Origin: Octopus vulgaris
Lineage: Eukaryota
Reading direction: 5' to 3'
Length of the DNA stretch: 64,000 nt
Assembly (NCBI GenBank): GCA_951406725.2
Contig: OX597817.1
Location: 64,294,001 to 64,358,000 of the forward strand
In this document: positions 14,087 to 25,971 of the stretch, piece after piece
Position numbering within the stretch: the first letter of the stretch is position 1
Layout of the letters: each line of letters opens with the position of its first letter
Program-made: the position numbers and the translations under genes
Notes under the pieces: model-generated
Told to the model about the DNA's origin: nothing
The model's database searches: none
The model's input: the letters and a program-made list of their open reading frames with translations, nothing else

Positions 14087-14296
14087 ATCTCACACATATT
14101 GACACATGAAGTGTATATAATATGTATATATATATCTAATGAATATACATAATATAATGAATATACATACATATAATGAATATACATGTACACATATTTT
14201 TATATATTATGTATACGTATATATGCATATATTTACATAATATATACATTTATACATACATACATACACACACATATGTATATATATATATATATA

Positions 14297-14339
<43 letters not shown>

Positions 14340-14621
14340 CACACACACACATACACACTTACATAGCAAAAAAAAAAACAATTTCAATGCAATGTGTAGG
14401 TGTTTTTGATGATATATCATGTTTCTTATATCATTTCTAGAATCGAAATCCAACGAGAACGATTGGCTAATATTGGTGTGATGTCATCAACATGTCTGGG
14501 TAAATATCAGGAATATCAATTCAGTTTCATTCATGTTTAGCATGCCAAAAAAAAAAACGTGCATTACTCACTGCCTACAGGTAGTTTTAGTAGAGGTCTT
14601 TGCTACTTGTTATGCAAGAGA

Positions 14622-14658
<37 letters not shown>

Positions 14659-14869
14659 TACACACAAATACATACACACATACACATACACACAAATACA
14701 TACACACACACACACACAAACAACCAAACACACACACACATACAGATAAACACACGTACACACATATACATATTTCGCTGTTATCCTATAGTAGTGAGAC
14801 TGATATGATTGATGTTCAGCTTGAAACTTTTTCAGTAAGACAGCCGCAGGAAAAATAGGGGGAAAAATT

Positions 14870-15815
14870 ACAGATAATCTTTGGTGTTAATGCTGCCATA
14901 TAGAACAACTGAAGGGTCAAGGGAATTCTGTGATATAGCTGCCATATAGAACAACTGAAGGGTCAAGGGAATTCTGTGATACGGCTGCCCAAATCATCAC
15001 AGAGTTGCCTCCATGCTTCACTGTAGGCTGCCAGACGGCCAGATTGGAGTCCCCCTTTCGGCTGTCTCCAGAAATAAACTCGCCCTGAGGATGGGGTGAA
15101 TGATGATTCACCAGAGACGACATTGCTCCTATGAGCCAACGACCACTTCTGATAGTCTAGATACCATTTTTTCGGCATATCTGTTGTTGGGGGACAGAAA
15201 GGAATTAGCAATTGCAGCCCTCTCATGTTCTTCAGCTTTATGGTGGTTATTTTAAATATAATAATAATGAAATTATTGTATACAGTGCTCAAGTGCACCA
15301 CAACTTGTCAGAAAGTGCGTATAAAGTATATGCAGTAATGTACAAATGTCTGGAAAGCGAATAATGTATGAGTCAGATACATGCTTGTGCGTGTATGGAG
15401 GGGAGAAAATCAGGTGTAGTGTTGGCGAATCTCAGAAAGCATGGAAGTTTTGAAGGATGCAGTGCTCCGACAACTAACAACTGATGCCGGCAGTTTGTTC
15501 CATGCTTCAGCAACTCTCAGCGTTATGACGAACGATTTTGGCTGATGCAAGGTTAGCAAGGTGATGGTTTAGATTTGCTGTTACTTTTGCTGCCATATTT
15601 CAATGGTTTGTAGACACAATACGGTTCATTATTCTACATTCCCCCTTTCTGGGCTTTGCCTTCAGTCCAGAATTACGCTCGTTAGGGCTGGTTTTACCTT
15701 GGTTTTGGAATACCAATGTAATCTTAGAGTCTGTAACTCTAAAAGCATTAAACAATTGAATAGTTTTAGTGACTGAAGCTCCAACCATCTGCGCCCCAAC
15801 TTCGTCCTCATGCAT
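14870..15815 (-). pseudogene. Tc1-family transposase remnant interrupted by a CR1 fragment
   Basis: The N-terminal HTH-like part (VGAQMVGASVTKT..QGKTS..RNSG) lies at 15525-15815. The catalytic part (SGESSF..GRVYFWRQP / PTVKHGGNSVMIWAA) lies at 14880-15130. There is a 46-bp tandem duplication at 14892/14938. Confidence 0.85.
15256..15523 (-). mobile_element. CR1/L2-clade LINE 3' end
   Basis: TLRVAEAWNKLPASVVSCRSTASFKTSML*, then a 3' UTR and (ATT)n tail. Confidence 0.85.
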
Positions 15816-15830
15816 CTTAACAACGTTAAA

Positions 15831-16111
15831 ATTTTATCGATCGCCTTTGACAGACCGCTAAGTTATTTTATCGATCTTATTTGGCGAAACGCTAAGTCAT
15901 TTTATCGATTTCGTTTGGCGAACCGCTACGTTATTTTATCGATCTCTTTTGGCGAAGCGCTAAGTTACTTTATCGATCTCCTTTGGCGAACCGCTAAGTT
16001 ATTGAATCGATCTTATGTGGAGAACCGTTAGGTTATTTTATCGAACCCGTTTGGCGAACCACTAAGTTATTTTATAGATCTCGTTTGGCGAACCACTAAG
16101 TTATTTTATCG
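15831..16111 (+). repeat. 34-bp minisatellite, 8 full units plus a partial unit
   Basis: Consensus attttatcgatctcgtttggcgaaccgctaagtt, with a period of 34 from 15831. Confidence 0.95.
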
Positions 16112-16215
16112 TCTAAAAACCCATAAGTAAGGAAAAATATGCGCGCCTATATTTATCGAGTGGGTATGTTAATCAAAGTGTAGTATCCAAACCTACCTCC
16201 TCTAATTCGTTAATT

Positions 16216-16578
16216 ATGGGAGATCCAATTGCTGGCATATTATACTTGCAAAAGCAACAGAAAAAGCGGCAACAGGAGTTGCACCAACAACTACAACACA
16301 ATCAGTTGCTGGAACTGATGTTGAAGTCGGGAAACACTGCAAGTTTGTTATCGCCAGACGCCGTAGCAAATGCTGTAACTGAATTTAGCTACAACCTAAA
16401 AGAGGGTATAACATTTTCACACTGAGGAAAAATGTGAACCTTTCTTAAGTATTTGGGACAAATTATCGACAAGAATGGACGATGTCCGGACCCGTCGAGG
16501 GCAGACGCAATTAAAAATGTGCCTCCTCCGACTGATATAACGACCTTACAAGCTTGTCCAGGTCTAGTGAATTATATG
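16216..16578 (+). pseudogene. Gypsy/Ty3 LTR-retrotransposon remnant (gag N-terminus joined to RT C-terminus)
   Basis: The gag-like ..VANAVTEFSYNLKEGITF is followed directly by KYLGQIIDKNGRCPDPSRADAIKNVPPPTDITTLQACPGLVNY (RT thumb/connection). Confidence 0.8.
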
Positions 16579-16674
16579 ATTTTGAAGAAAGAATCGCAGT
16601 GAAAAATGTTTCCAAAGTAGGATTTGAACTAACCCAGAACTACACACAGGGAAAGATAATATACATGCAGTGAA

Positions 16675-17100
16675 GGATCTTTTCGGTTTGAACGGCAGTT
16701 TTTAACATAATTTCTAGGTAACTAAAAAATGTTTAACTTCGTATACTGGTAGAATGTGTTTATAAAACATCTTTTTCTTTTGGCTTTATTGAGAAAATTC
16801 TATAGTTTGTAAGATATTTGTTGTTTTTTTCTTCAACTTCAACCAATCACTGACGTCCATTGAGGTAAACAACATTCTGTGCCGTATGAATATGTCTCTC
16901 GTTTAAGAAACAGATTGGGTTTATTTACATTTGTGAAGAAAAAAAGATACCCTTCCCCCCACCCCTAACCCCAACTAACCCTAACTAAGCCTAACCCTAA
17001 AATAGATTGAAATGCAATAGATTGATACTAGGGTCATAATTATGAGTGACAATTTCATATGATACCGCTAGAAAAACTGCCGTTCAAACCGAAAAGATCC
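16675..17100. mobile_element. MITE with 29-bp GG-initiated TIRs and 8-bp TSD (Merlin-like)
   Basis: TIR ggatcttttcggtttgaacggcagttttt / aaaaactgccgttcaaaccgaaaagatcc. TSD gcagtgaa at 16667-16674 and 17101-17108. Internal CCCTAA-like run at about 16962-17000. Confidence 0.9.
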
Positions 17101-17889
17101 GCAGTGAAAAATGATTTTGAAGAAAAAATCGCGGTGAATAATGTTTCCGAAGTAGGAATTGAACTAACACAGAACTAGACACAGGGAAAATAATGATAAT
17201 AAGTCCGTTTGAAGGATTTGGTAAGTCAGGTCGCTATATATGTAGTAGCGCTACCAGTAATAATGTTAGACTTGGTATTACCTGCGAGCATACTGAGAAA
17301 AAAAATTGGTTCTGTGTGGAACGAAAAAAAAATAATAAGTCCGTGCGAAGGATTTAATAATCCTGTGTACAACAAAGAATTTACGACGATACATTTAAAG
17401 CGAGTCATGCAAGAAGATTTCAAAGGTAAGCAGATATCATCTGTTGAAATTGAAAATAACCAGTTGCTAAGAAGGTTAAAAGGGACAAAGAAAACACAAG
17501 CCATTTTGTGATTGAGAATACTAAACAAGTCCTCCTTGAAAAGACTCCAGAAGAAATGTCAACTAGTAAAGGAAAAGTCGTGGGAATGGAAAATAATAAT
17601 AATAATAATACTTCTGTGTGTTTAGAAAAAATCTCAAATGGGGAAGTGTTGTGGTGGATGCCCCCTGACGAGAAGTGGGCTGGTCCACTACGAATAAATA
17701 GTGGACTGACACAGCCAGTAACGTCGTTCGGCGAAGGTACACCTTTCGAACCTGTGATACACCAGAAATCGTAAACAAACAGAACGACTAGAAATAGTCC
17801 CTAAGCGAAAAAAAAGTATTAAAACTTCTGAGGAAATTAAAATCTCAAAAAAAGGGAAAGGTGATTAAAAAAAGAAAAGAATAAAGTTA

Positions 17890-20222
17890 AACAAGAACAC
17901 TCAGAGAGCGCGAACCTCTGCCAAGGCAACACCAACGTCCTAATTTCTTTTATTGAGCACATCGTTCTTAAAGAGAGGAGACAATACAAGTACATACAAA
18001 ACAATACAATGGGGTACATAAAAACACATATCGTATGAAATTAAGGATACAATGAAAAATGAGGATGGAATGACTTATCTAACCCCCATAAACAGGCAGT
18101 TTCATTTTACTGTTTTTATATAACGTTTTATTAACAGTTCAATATTCTGTCTTGTATCTGTTGCTTTCCCTTTTTTCTTCTTTTTTTTAAAAAAAAATTT
18201 CATTAAGTCATTAATTATTCAGTTCTTAAACTTCCTCACTTACCCTCATTTACACCAAATACTCCGTTAAATCTTCGAATGCCACCACCAGCGGCAATTC
18301 ATCAAAACGATACTGTACCGGTGTCACTTCTAACTTTTCACCAAACAATTCCTTTAACCTTTCTCCTCTCCCTCTTTCCAGCGAAGCAGCTTTCAAACCT
18401 ACATTTTTCTTGTTGGGTGACAATTCAATTCTAATTACATTCTTCATTTGCGCAATCTTTTTTTTCAATTTCTACACTTTTTGTATACTTTATCATATTT
18501 CTTAATTGTTTTCCTTTCGGTGTCTCTCTCTACTGTTACTGATATTTCTGTTTCTGTATGTCTCTCATTCTTTATTGTTATCATTTCTATTTCATCTTCC
18601 CTTTTGTTCTGTACTTTCTCCTCCTTGCTGGTTGTTGGTAACGGTTTCTGTCTTCGCTCCTCGACCCTTCACTTACTTTTGTTGGCCTTTCATTTTTTTC
18701 TCTACTCGTTCGCTTTTCCTTGTTTCACGCTCTGCGTCTCCTCTCCATTTCCTTTTCTTTTCTTCCTAGGACTTTTTGGTGGTGATTCCGCGTTACTCTT
18801 CATTCTCTTCACCACTGTATACTGTTCTACCATACTTTGCTCTTCTGCAGTTGAAACATTCTTGTTCTTTCTCTATCCTATCCTCTTAGTGTTTCTGGGG
18901 ACACTGAGCTTTCATGTGTCCCCGTACTCCACTACAACTCTCAGCTTCGTCTCGTCCGGCAACACCAATTCCTCTGCAATTTTGTGGAAGTCTTGTAAAC
19001 TGATGTGAACCGAAATCTCAAGGCCGTATCCCCATCAGTTTACTTCCGCAGTTCTTGTGATTTTAAGTATTTTGGTTTCCTCTTCTGTAATATATAGGAT
19101 GGCTGCCACCATCCACGCCTCGTCAATTTCTGGGGGCACTCTACCAATCCTCACTCTGGCCGCACGTTTGCCACAGTAGGTTGGTAGTAGCACCCACTCA
19201 GTTGATCTCAAAGGCACAGTGGAGTGTTTTATCGCTTCTTGTTCACTGGCGAAGCGTACCTCCACATCAAATGCAACAGGGAATCAAATGACTCGACTAC
19301 AACACCAACGTCCTCTCTACGATTAGCCGGAGATGATTTTTAAAATGAGAACGTCTGAAATAAACTCGACTGCTCTCCTAAACGAGAATACTAAAAATGA
19401 ACCCGACCGCTCTCAGAAATTACGTAAACAAAAACGGAAAAATAATCCAGAATCCTTATCCGATACCTGATCAATCCTAATGGTAGTCATGGAATGTGAA
19501 GGTGGCTGTAGAAAATTTAGTAACAGTAATAAATAGTTTATCCTTATCTAATACAAGCCTAAGTTAACAAATTCACCATTCAAAATCGTTTCAAAAGCGG
19601 AGATAATAATAATAAGTTCTACTCAGGAATTTTTATTGAATAGCATGAGACCTTTTGGCTTTCTATTCTTTTAAATTCCGACCTTACTTTAGTATTCCTG
19701 TTGTCTTAGATTGATGTATAGATGTTTGTATATATGTAAGTATACTGCAAAGTGTTAATATGTATGTATAATATATAATATATATTTATTATAAAAATAT
19801 GTTAGTGCTATTTAATTTCTGAACGGTTTTGCTGCCGTTTGTTTATGTAGTTTGATTTATAGTTTGATTTCTTTATCCATCAGTTCCTACTAAGATAGAG
19901 ACGCGAGTAAAATTAATAATAGAGAAACGAAAATAAAACTTTGGAAACAGCCTAAAGGGAGATAATTGAGAAAGGCCTGAAAGTCAATATAAGATCGTAA
20001 TTATGTAAAGTAAGGTAAATATAACAAATAATCCAGAATCCTTGTCCGGTACCGGATCGATCCCAAAATCTAATCAGTTCATGCCAGTCACGAGGCCAAA
20101 TATAAGTTTCATCCAAATGCATCCAGCGATTCTTGAGATACCTTCTCCACGGACAAACAAACAAACAAACAAACACGACTGAAAACAATACCTCCACTCT
20201 CGCTAAGGCGGAAGCAGTAATT
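17890..20222 (-). mobile_element. Helentron-associated non-autonomous element (HINE/DINE-1-like), split by an insertion at 17942-19299
   Basis: On the minus strand it starts ttactgcttccgccttagcgagagtggaggtattg, has (GTTT)n, and ends with the subTIR ccttggcagaggt plus stem-loop gcgctctctgagtg in a T-rich site. Confidence 0.7.
17942..19299 (-). mobile_element. ORF1-only (HAL1-like) L1/Tx1-type retroelement, 5'-truncated, 15-bp TSD
   Basis: TSD caacaccaacgtcct at 17927-17941 and 19300-19314. The decayed ORF has RVRIGRVPPEIDE (RRM-like), GHMKAQCP (half CCHC) and a K/E-rich region ending FDELPLVVAFEDL*, then a UTR and AATAAAAGAAA. No ORF2. Confidence 0.75.
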
Positions 20223-20549
20223 AATTTGCACTTTCTACAGAAGTCAAATCTCAAAAGGGGAGATGTTACGGCGAGAATCGTGATACCTCCTGTGATAATA
20301 AACTAGCTGAACTCAGATAAATAGCAGCGTATTTGGCTGAGAGCGTGAGATGAAAAATCGCAGAGGGGTGTTGGTAGTGGTTTCTTCAATGTGAGTTCGA
20401 ATTGTTACACATTGTTATTATATATATATTTGTTGAAAGTCTCCCCGTGTGGATGTACTACGATTTGTTAAATTGTTTAAATTGTTGAATTTTCGTCACT
20501 GTTTTGTTTGCATGTTATTTGAATCTGTTTATGATTTTGTTTATGATTT

Positions 20550-21155
20550 TGGTACACACCCGGACAACCCAGGTCCGGAGCCGAAGCAAGCGGAGGTGAA
20601 AAGGAAAAAAATACAAGTGGCATATGGTCATGTGTACCAAAAGTACAGCAATAGAGAAAAAGATTATAAAGTACAAATCAATAATAAGTGTAAGGCTGCC
20701 TCCAGAAAAATACTCGGAAAAGACTAAAGGAGTCATCATAGATAGAGAGAGATTTGAGAAATTAAAAGACTATTTGGAAGCAACATAGACCCGCTGAGGG
20801 TTGAAATCGAGTTCGACGAACTACCACCAGCAGTAGATTTCGAAGATTTAAAGCCACAAATGAACGTTTAAAAAAGCAAGGAAGTAAAATTTGTTAGTAA
20901 AAGAAAGAGGAAAAATAGACTGTTAAAAATTTAGAAAGAAAAAAATTAAAAAAAGGAGTGTAATAATGATTATCTAATTGTACAAATTAACTGCTAAATG
21001 GTACTGCTTGAGAGTGGGGCTCAATGCAGCCATTTCATCATTATCGATTTCATTATACATTTTTTCATTTTCATTCGTTTTATGTCCCCACTGTAGTGTT
21101 CTGTCTGTCTTTGTGTTGTCCTCTATGTTAAAGCCTGGGTGCCAAATAAAGAAAA
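20550..21155 (+). mobile_element. 3' fragment of a related ORF1-only retroelement
   Basis: The C-terminal EIEFDELPPAVDFEDL (about 20803-20850) matches the 18250 ORF end. It terminates in gcctgggtgccaaataaagaaaa. Confidence 0.6.
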
Positions 21156-21419
21156 GGAGATGAGAAATCGCAGGAAGTCGAATGGTGTCGTTTGAGAGTT
21201 TTGTGGAGTCGCAGGAAATTGTTGAGAAAATGTTTTAGTTCGTTCAGAGTTGTTTTAGATTGGTTACATTTGTTGGTGGAGTAGTTAGGAATACATCAAG
21301 TGGAGACAGTTGCTGTCTACCCCCATTCCGTGGTACTATATATTACACTGTATTAGTGCACGACACTAAGGTGATATATACAGAAACCACGTTATAAAAC
21401 ATACATACATGCATACATA

Positions 21420-21775
21420 TGATTCGACGACTACAGATCCAAGCCATCACGGAATTGTAAAAATCTGTAAAACCTTCCAGAAGTTTATCATTTAAGTATA
21501 TATGAGCACGTCTAAATATGCAAGTATATGCATGAGATGACATACATAAAACAAAACATACACATCTGCATACATACATACATACATACATACATACATA
21601 CATACATACATACATACATACATACATACATACATACGTACATGCATACATGCATGCATGCAAAAATACCCTGTTGTTGATGTTGAAATTCCAATGAACG
21701 AGCTTTGGAACTAGGTTAGAAACTGGCTCTTTATTGGTAAGAAATCTTGAAATAAAAACTAAATAATAACATACA
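21420..21775 (+). repeat. Dispersed repeat with internal (CATA)n; second copy at about 42570-42885
   Basis: Both copies share cagatcca..ccatc..tgtaaaaatctgtaaaac.ttccagaagtttatcatttaa..ctaggttagaaactggct..aaatcttgaaata. Confidence 0.85.
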
Positions 21776-22335
21776 TACATACATAGATACGCTCACACGT
21801 ACATACATACGCAGACACGCACACACACATATTAATGTGTGTGTGTAAACAAGAAAAGTGTAAGATTAGATATGGAAGCTATATTAATAGCAAAAATCAT
21901 CCCACGGTTTTAGCACAAGCGAAATAAATTTTGAAAGTAACTTGCAATTAATTTTCTGGTATATATAAATCACATTGTGTGTATATTGACTAGCGCATAC
22001 ATTTCCACAATTCTCAACCGATTTTCACCAAACTTTACACACACATTACTTATGTCTCATGGATGGTCATGCACAATAACATTTTCTCCAGAGCTCCCGC
22101 ATAAATGGACAAACCGGGAAAAACGATGGTTTACACAGGTTTTTCTCTAATTCGTTGTATGTACAAAATTTTTTTTTGTATGTAGGGTCATCCATACTTT
22201 TTTAATGTATATGGTGGGATACTGGCATTAAAGAATATTTTTTAGTGGTTTTCACATTTTTTGATTTATTATTTATATATATGTTGTAATTGTGTATTAT
22301 TACTTGGTTAGAGAATATTATAAAAGTGAAAGGAT

Positions 22336-22414
22336 ATGCCCATGGGCATGTGACGTAGTGGTTAAGAGCGCGGGCTACTAACCCCAAGATTCCAAGTTCG
22401 ATTCCAGACAGTCA

Positions 22415-22474
<60 letters not shown>

Positions 22475-22613
22475 CAACAACAACAACATCGAAAAATACC
22501 AAAATTTCCCCAAGACACCTGATGATGGCTGGAGGGTATATCAGCTGAAACGTTGTGTTGACAACAAACAAGATGAGAACAAATATCCGTCAATTGTAAA
22601 TAATGTAAATAAT
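22336..22613 (+). mobile_element. TSD-flanked SINE: tRNA head, (TAA)n(CAA)n and hammerhead-containing tail
   Basis: TSD gtgaaaggat at 22326-22335 and 22614-22623. A-box 22351-22361, B-box 22396-22405, hammerhead 22514-22559. Confidence 0.8.
22514..22559 (+). ncRNA. Minimal type-I hammerhead motif, intact core
   Basis: GACAC-CTGATGA-T-GGCTG(loop)CAGCT-GAAA-CG-TT-GTGTT, with a loopless palindromic stem III (AACGTT). Confidence 0.7.
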
Positions 22614-22685
22614 GTGAAAGGATTTTATCTATTTATTTAATTCCACTGTCCACCTGTTATTATTTATTTATATATTGTAATTCTG

Positions 22686-22801
22686 GGCGGAGATAAGAAT
22701 ACGCACACCACCCGTTTTCGGTGTAATCCTAACCTTAAAGGGAGCCCTAGCCCAACCCTAAACGCCGAAAACGGGTGGTGTGCATATTCTTTATCTTCGC
22801 C
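22686..22801. mobile_element. 116-bp MITE with roughly 38-bp GG-initiated TIRs and 9-bp TSD
   Basis: ggcggagataagaatacgcacaccacccgttttcgg / ccgaaaacgggtggtgtgcatattctttatcttcgcc. TSD gtaattctg / gtaattgtg. CCTAAC-like spacer. Confidence 0.85.
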
Positions 22802-23962
22802 GTAATTGTGTATTACTACTTGGTTAGAGAATATTATAAAAGTGAAAGTATTTCGTCTATTCATTTATTTCGACTGTCCGCCTGCGACGGGGATAAAATT
22901 GACTAGGAACACTGTACGCGATGAATATCCAATACCAAACAATTTTAATCTCCATGTTTAAACTGCATTAAACTTTGACAAGCTTACCTTTACCTATTCT
23001 GAGTTACTTGAAAGGTGCTGTTCCCTTGCCTCTTTTCTATTTGTTGATACCTTTGTTTACCTACCAATGCGCTGTTTCACTTTAAGGATGCCTATTTACC
23101 CATCCATTATGATATTTTGTACGCGAAATCTTTTCACTGCGAACAGCTAAAGATTCAAAACAGTATTCGTGAACTGAAGTAAAACTCTTCATGTCTTCAG
23201 TTTTCGTTCCCTGAAGTCAGTTTCAGAGTGGTCGTACACTGTAAGCACGTAGCAAATACATTCTTTTAACCCTACTTTTTGAAGTTGGTATTATATTGCC
23301 ATTTTTTGAACGTACCAATCATATTTCTCTCCCGAAAAAATAACTCCCTTTGCTGTTGAATAAAACAAACTCGCAGAGAGGAAGTTTCAATGTCTTCCTT
23401 CAATTTCCTTACACCCATTTATGCGGCTGTTTCTGACAAGAAATTTTGCTTTCATATAAAACAACTATATTTTGTAGTCATTATCCGTAATCTACTCCCA
23501 AAGCACTTCAGTAGCTCTACTTTGCATCACTTGCAAACTTATATGTTCTATGATCATCAAAGTACAACGACCTCCTCAGTAACCAGCCTTCAATTGGTTT
23601 TCTGTTCCTAGGTTAATCGGAAACATAGATTGTGGTGCTACTCATAAACCTAGGTAGTTCAATTATTTGGTGAAAAAAAAAAATACCACCAAAGCAACTT
23701 AAACCGTCTGAAGGGCAGGTGCGTTTGCTAGAAGTTAAATACTTTGAAATCCGATGATGATGGTTTTATCAATTACAATATCATTCCCATCATACCTTGT
23801 TGAATACCACAAAAGGGCAACCTTAGCAGTGTCACTATCATCACATTCTGAAGATGGGGTCAGGTCTGCTAATGGACTTGGTAACGTTCTCAACTAAACT
23901 TAGAGGACCACACGCGCGCTCGCGCGCACACATACACACACACTCACACGTATGTATGTATA

Positions 23963-24014
<52 letters not shown>

Positions 24015-24148
24015 CACACACACATATAATGGTAGGTGTAAGCTTCTCAGGCATACAATGTATACAGGACGAAGAAAATCAGTGGAGCAGAAATTGTTCT
24101 CGTAACCTGTTATAGAATGTGTATGTGGGTGGATTAGCACACCCACAA

Positions 24149-24197
<49 letters not shown>

Positions 24198-24559
24198 CCG
24201 TGATATGCAAACACTTCAGTGAATCAGATCGATAGTTTTTTTAAGTCAGTTTATCTGGACCATAATCTCTCTTAGTTGTAATTACCATCGGTTCAGGGCG
24301 ACTTCACAGGAAACACAATCAAACTGGTTCATTGTTGAAGCAGCAGCATTATCATTTTCTGTCCTCCATCTCGTGTTGTTCTGCTTTATTAAGGAACAGG
24401 AATTACTACAAATGTGTTCGGGCTTGTCTATTACCAGACCTCGAATTTTACGTAACGAAAAGCTTTAAAACATAAACCAAATGGAAACAAAACAGACAGA
24501 AACGAAGCGAAATGGAAATATATTTTATAAAACAATAACAATAATAATGATAATAATCC

Positions 24560-24960
24560 TTTCTACTATAGGCATGAAATTTTGGTGAAGGGTCTTAGTC
24601 ATCTAAATCGATCGGAGCATTCAACTGGTACTTATTTTATCGATCCCAAAAAGATAAAAGGCAAAGTCTCTGCGGAATTTGGACTCAGGCCATAAAAACG
24701 GACGAAATATCGCTACGCATTTTCCCTGGCGTGCCAACGATTCTGCCAGTTTGCCGCCTTCAAATAATTGCTCTTTCTATAGTCAAAAGGGCTAAAGTCT
24801 GGAGAAGCGGGTTAGTCGAAACCTTCGGCAGGTATTTTATTTTATCAACTCCGGAAAAATAAAGTAGACTTGGGCTGAATTTTAACTCAAAGCGGAGAGA
24901 GCCGGAACAAACACCACAAAGTAGTTTTTCCGATGTTTTTCCCGATTCTTCCAGCTCGGC
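24560..24960 (-). mobile_element. Two adjacent family A SINEs (second one degenerate)
   Basis: aactggtacttattttatcgatccc..cgattctgccagtttgccgcctt, with a weaker copy at 24790-24960. Confidence 0.75.
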
Positions 24961-25674
24961 AGGGTGATACATCAGATGACGTAACAAAGACAAATTATTT
25001 ATGACCAAACGATGAGGATCAGTCTAGGTGCCAAGAGTGAGTGTCTAAAGTTACCTACTGAGAATAGGCTCATTCATTTGAGACGTGCTCGTCACTCCTT
25101 CACGCATTTAAGAAAATTTACTTGTGCGGCACCGCTTCTCCATCCTTACCTAGAGGAACATGAAATGTCTGACCGCAACCCTTTCTGCTGCGTCAACCAC
25201 ACACCCTCTTCTACTTCAGTCACCAGACAAGAAAACTGATTACCTTTCTTGGCCAAATGAAGGCGACAAGGCGATCGTCATGATGAACTTGGCTGATAGC
25301 AAGAGCTGCCCTATAGCTAACAACAGTTGTTCGACAAACTTCATTACTTAGCTATGCTTTGACACTGAACAAGCCCGTGCAGAACAGTTTCATTGTTCAG
25401 TGTGCATCTCAGACAAGCCCAGCTGCAGCATGATGGTATCTTCAAGTAATTTCGCAGTGTATATACCTCGCTTGTGCTTATATCAACAACATTCTGTGAA
25501 TACCAAATGATACAACTACTTATACTAACAACGTGGTGCATGGTGGTTGTTGTTTTGGGTGTGCCGCCCAATAAATTAACGAGTAAGGTTAATATTTATA
25601 ATGAATTTGCCATTTTCGATGGGTGTACAGCGCACACCTAGCACACCCGGAATCTAATACACAACATGCTGCAA

Positions 25675-25883
25675 TACTCTTTTACTTGTTTCAGTCATTT
25701 GACTGTAGCCATGCTGGAGCAACGCCTTTAGTCGACCATATCTACCCCAGGACTTATTCTCTGTAAGCCTAGTACTTATTCTATCGGTCTCTTTTGCCGA
25801 ACCACTAAGTTACGTAAACACACCAGCATCGGTTGTCAAGCGATGTTGAGGGGACAAACGCAGACACACAAACATATACACAC

Positions 25884-25925
<42 letters not shown>

Positions 25926-25940
25926 ACACACGCGCACGCG

Positions 25941-25971
<31 letters not shown>

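Larger units (their letters stand above)
21958..22906 (+). mobile_element. Probable non-autonomous Helitron hosting the nested SINE and MITE
   Basis: tatatataaa start, a tcaaccgattttcaccaaact motif similar to the 29482 Helitron, and a 3' ccgcctgcgacgggg hairpin followed by gaCTAG. Confidence 0.5.

Noticed and set aside
15831-16111. CRISPR-like 34-bp repeat
   Set aside because: Contiguous minisatellite without spacers.
16962-17000. True telomere or fusion site
   Set aside because: Short degenerate tract internal to a MITE.
20265-21400. Solo LTR (TGTTA...AACA)
   Set aside because: No convincing TSD or second copy, so boundaries cannot be supported.
22344-22416. Functional tRNA gene (also 9481-9550)
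   Set aside because: The acceptor stem does not pair, and the sequence is the head of a SINE.
25160-25351. PLE RT fragment (NEGDKAIVMMN resembling ADKG.A.V.M)
   Set aside because: A single short degenerate motif with no other RT or GIY-YIG motifs recognisable nearby.
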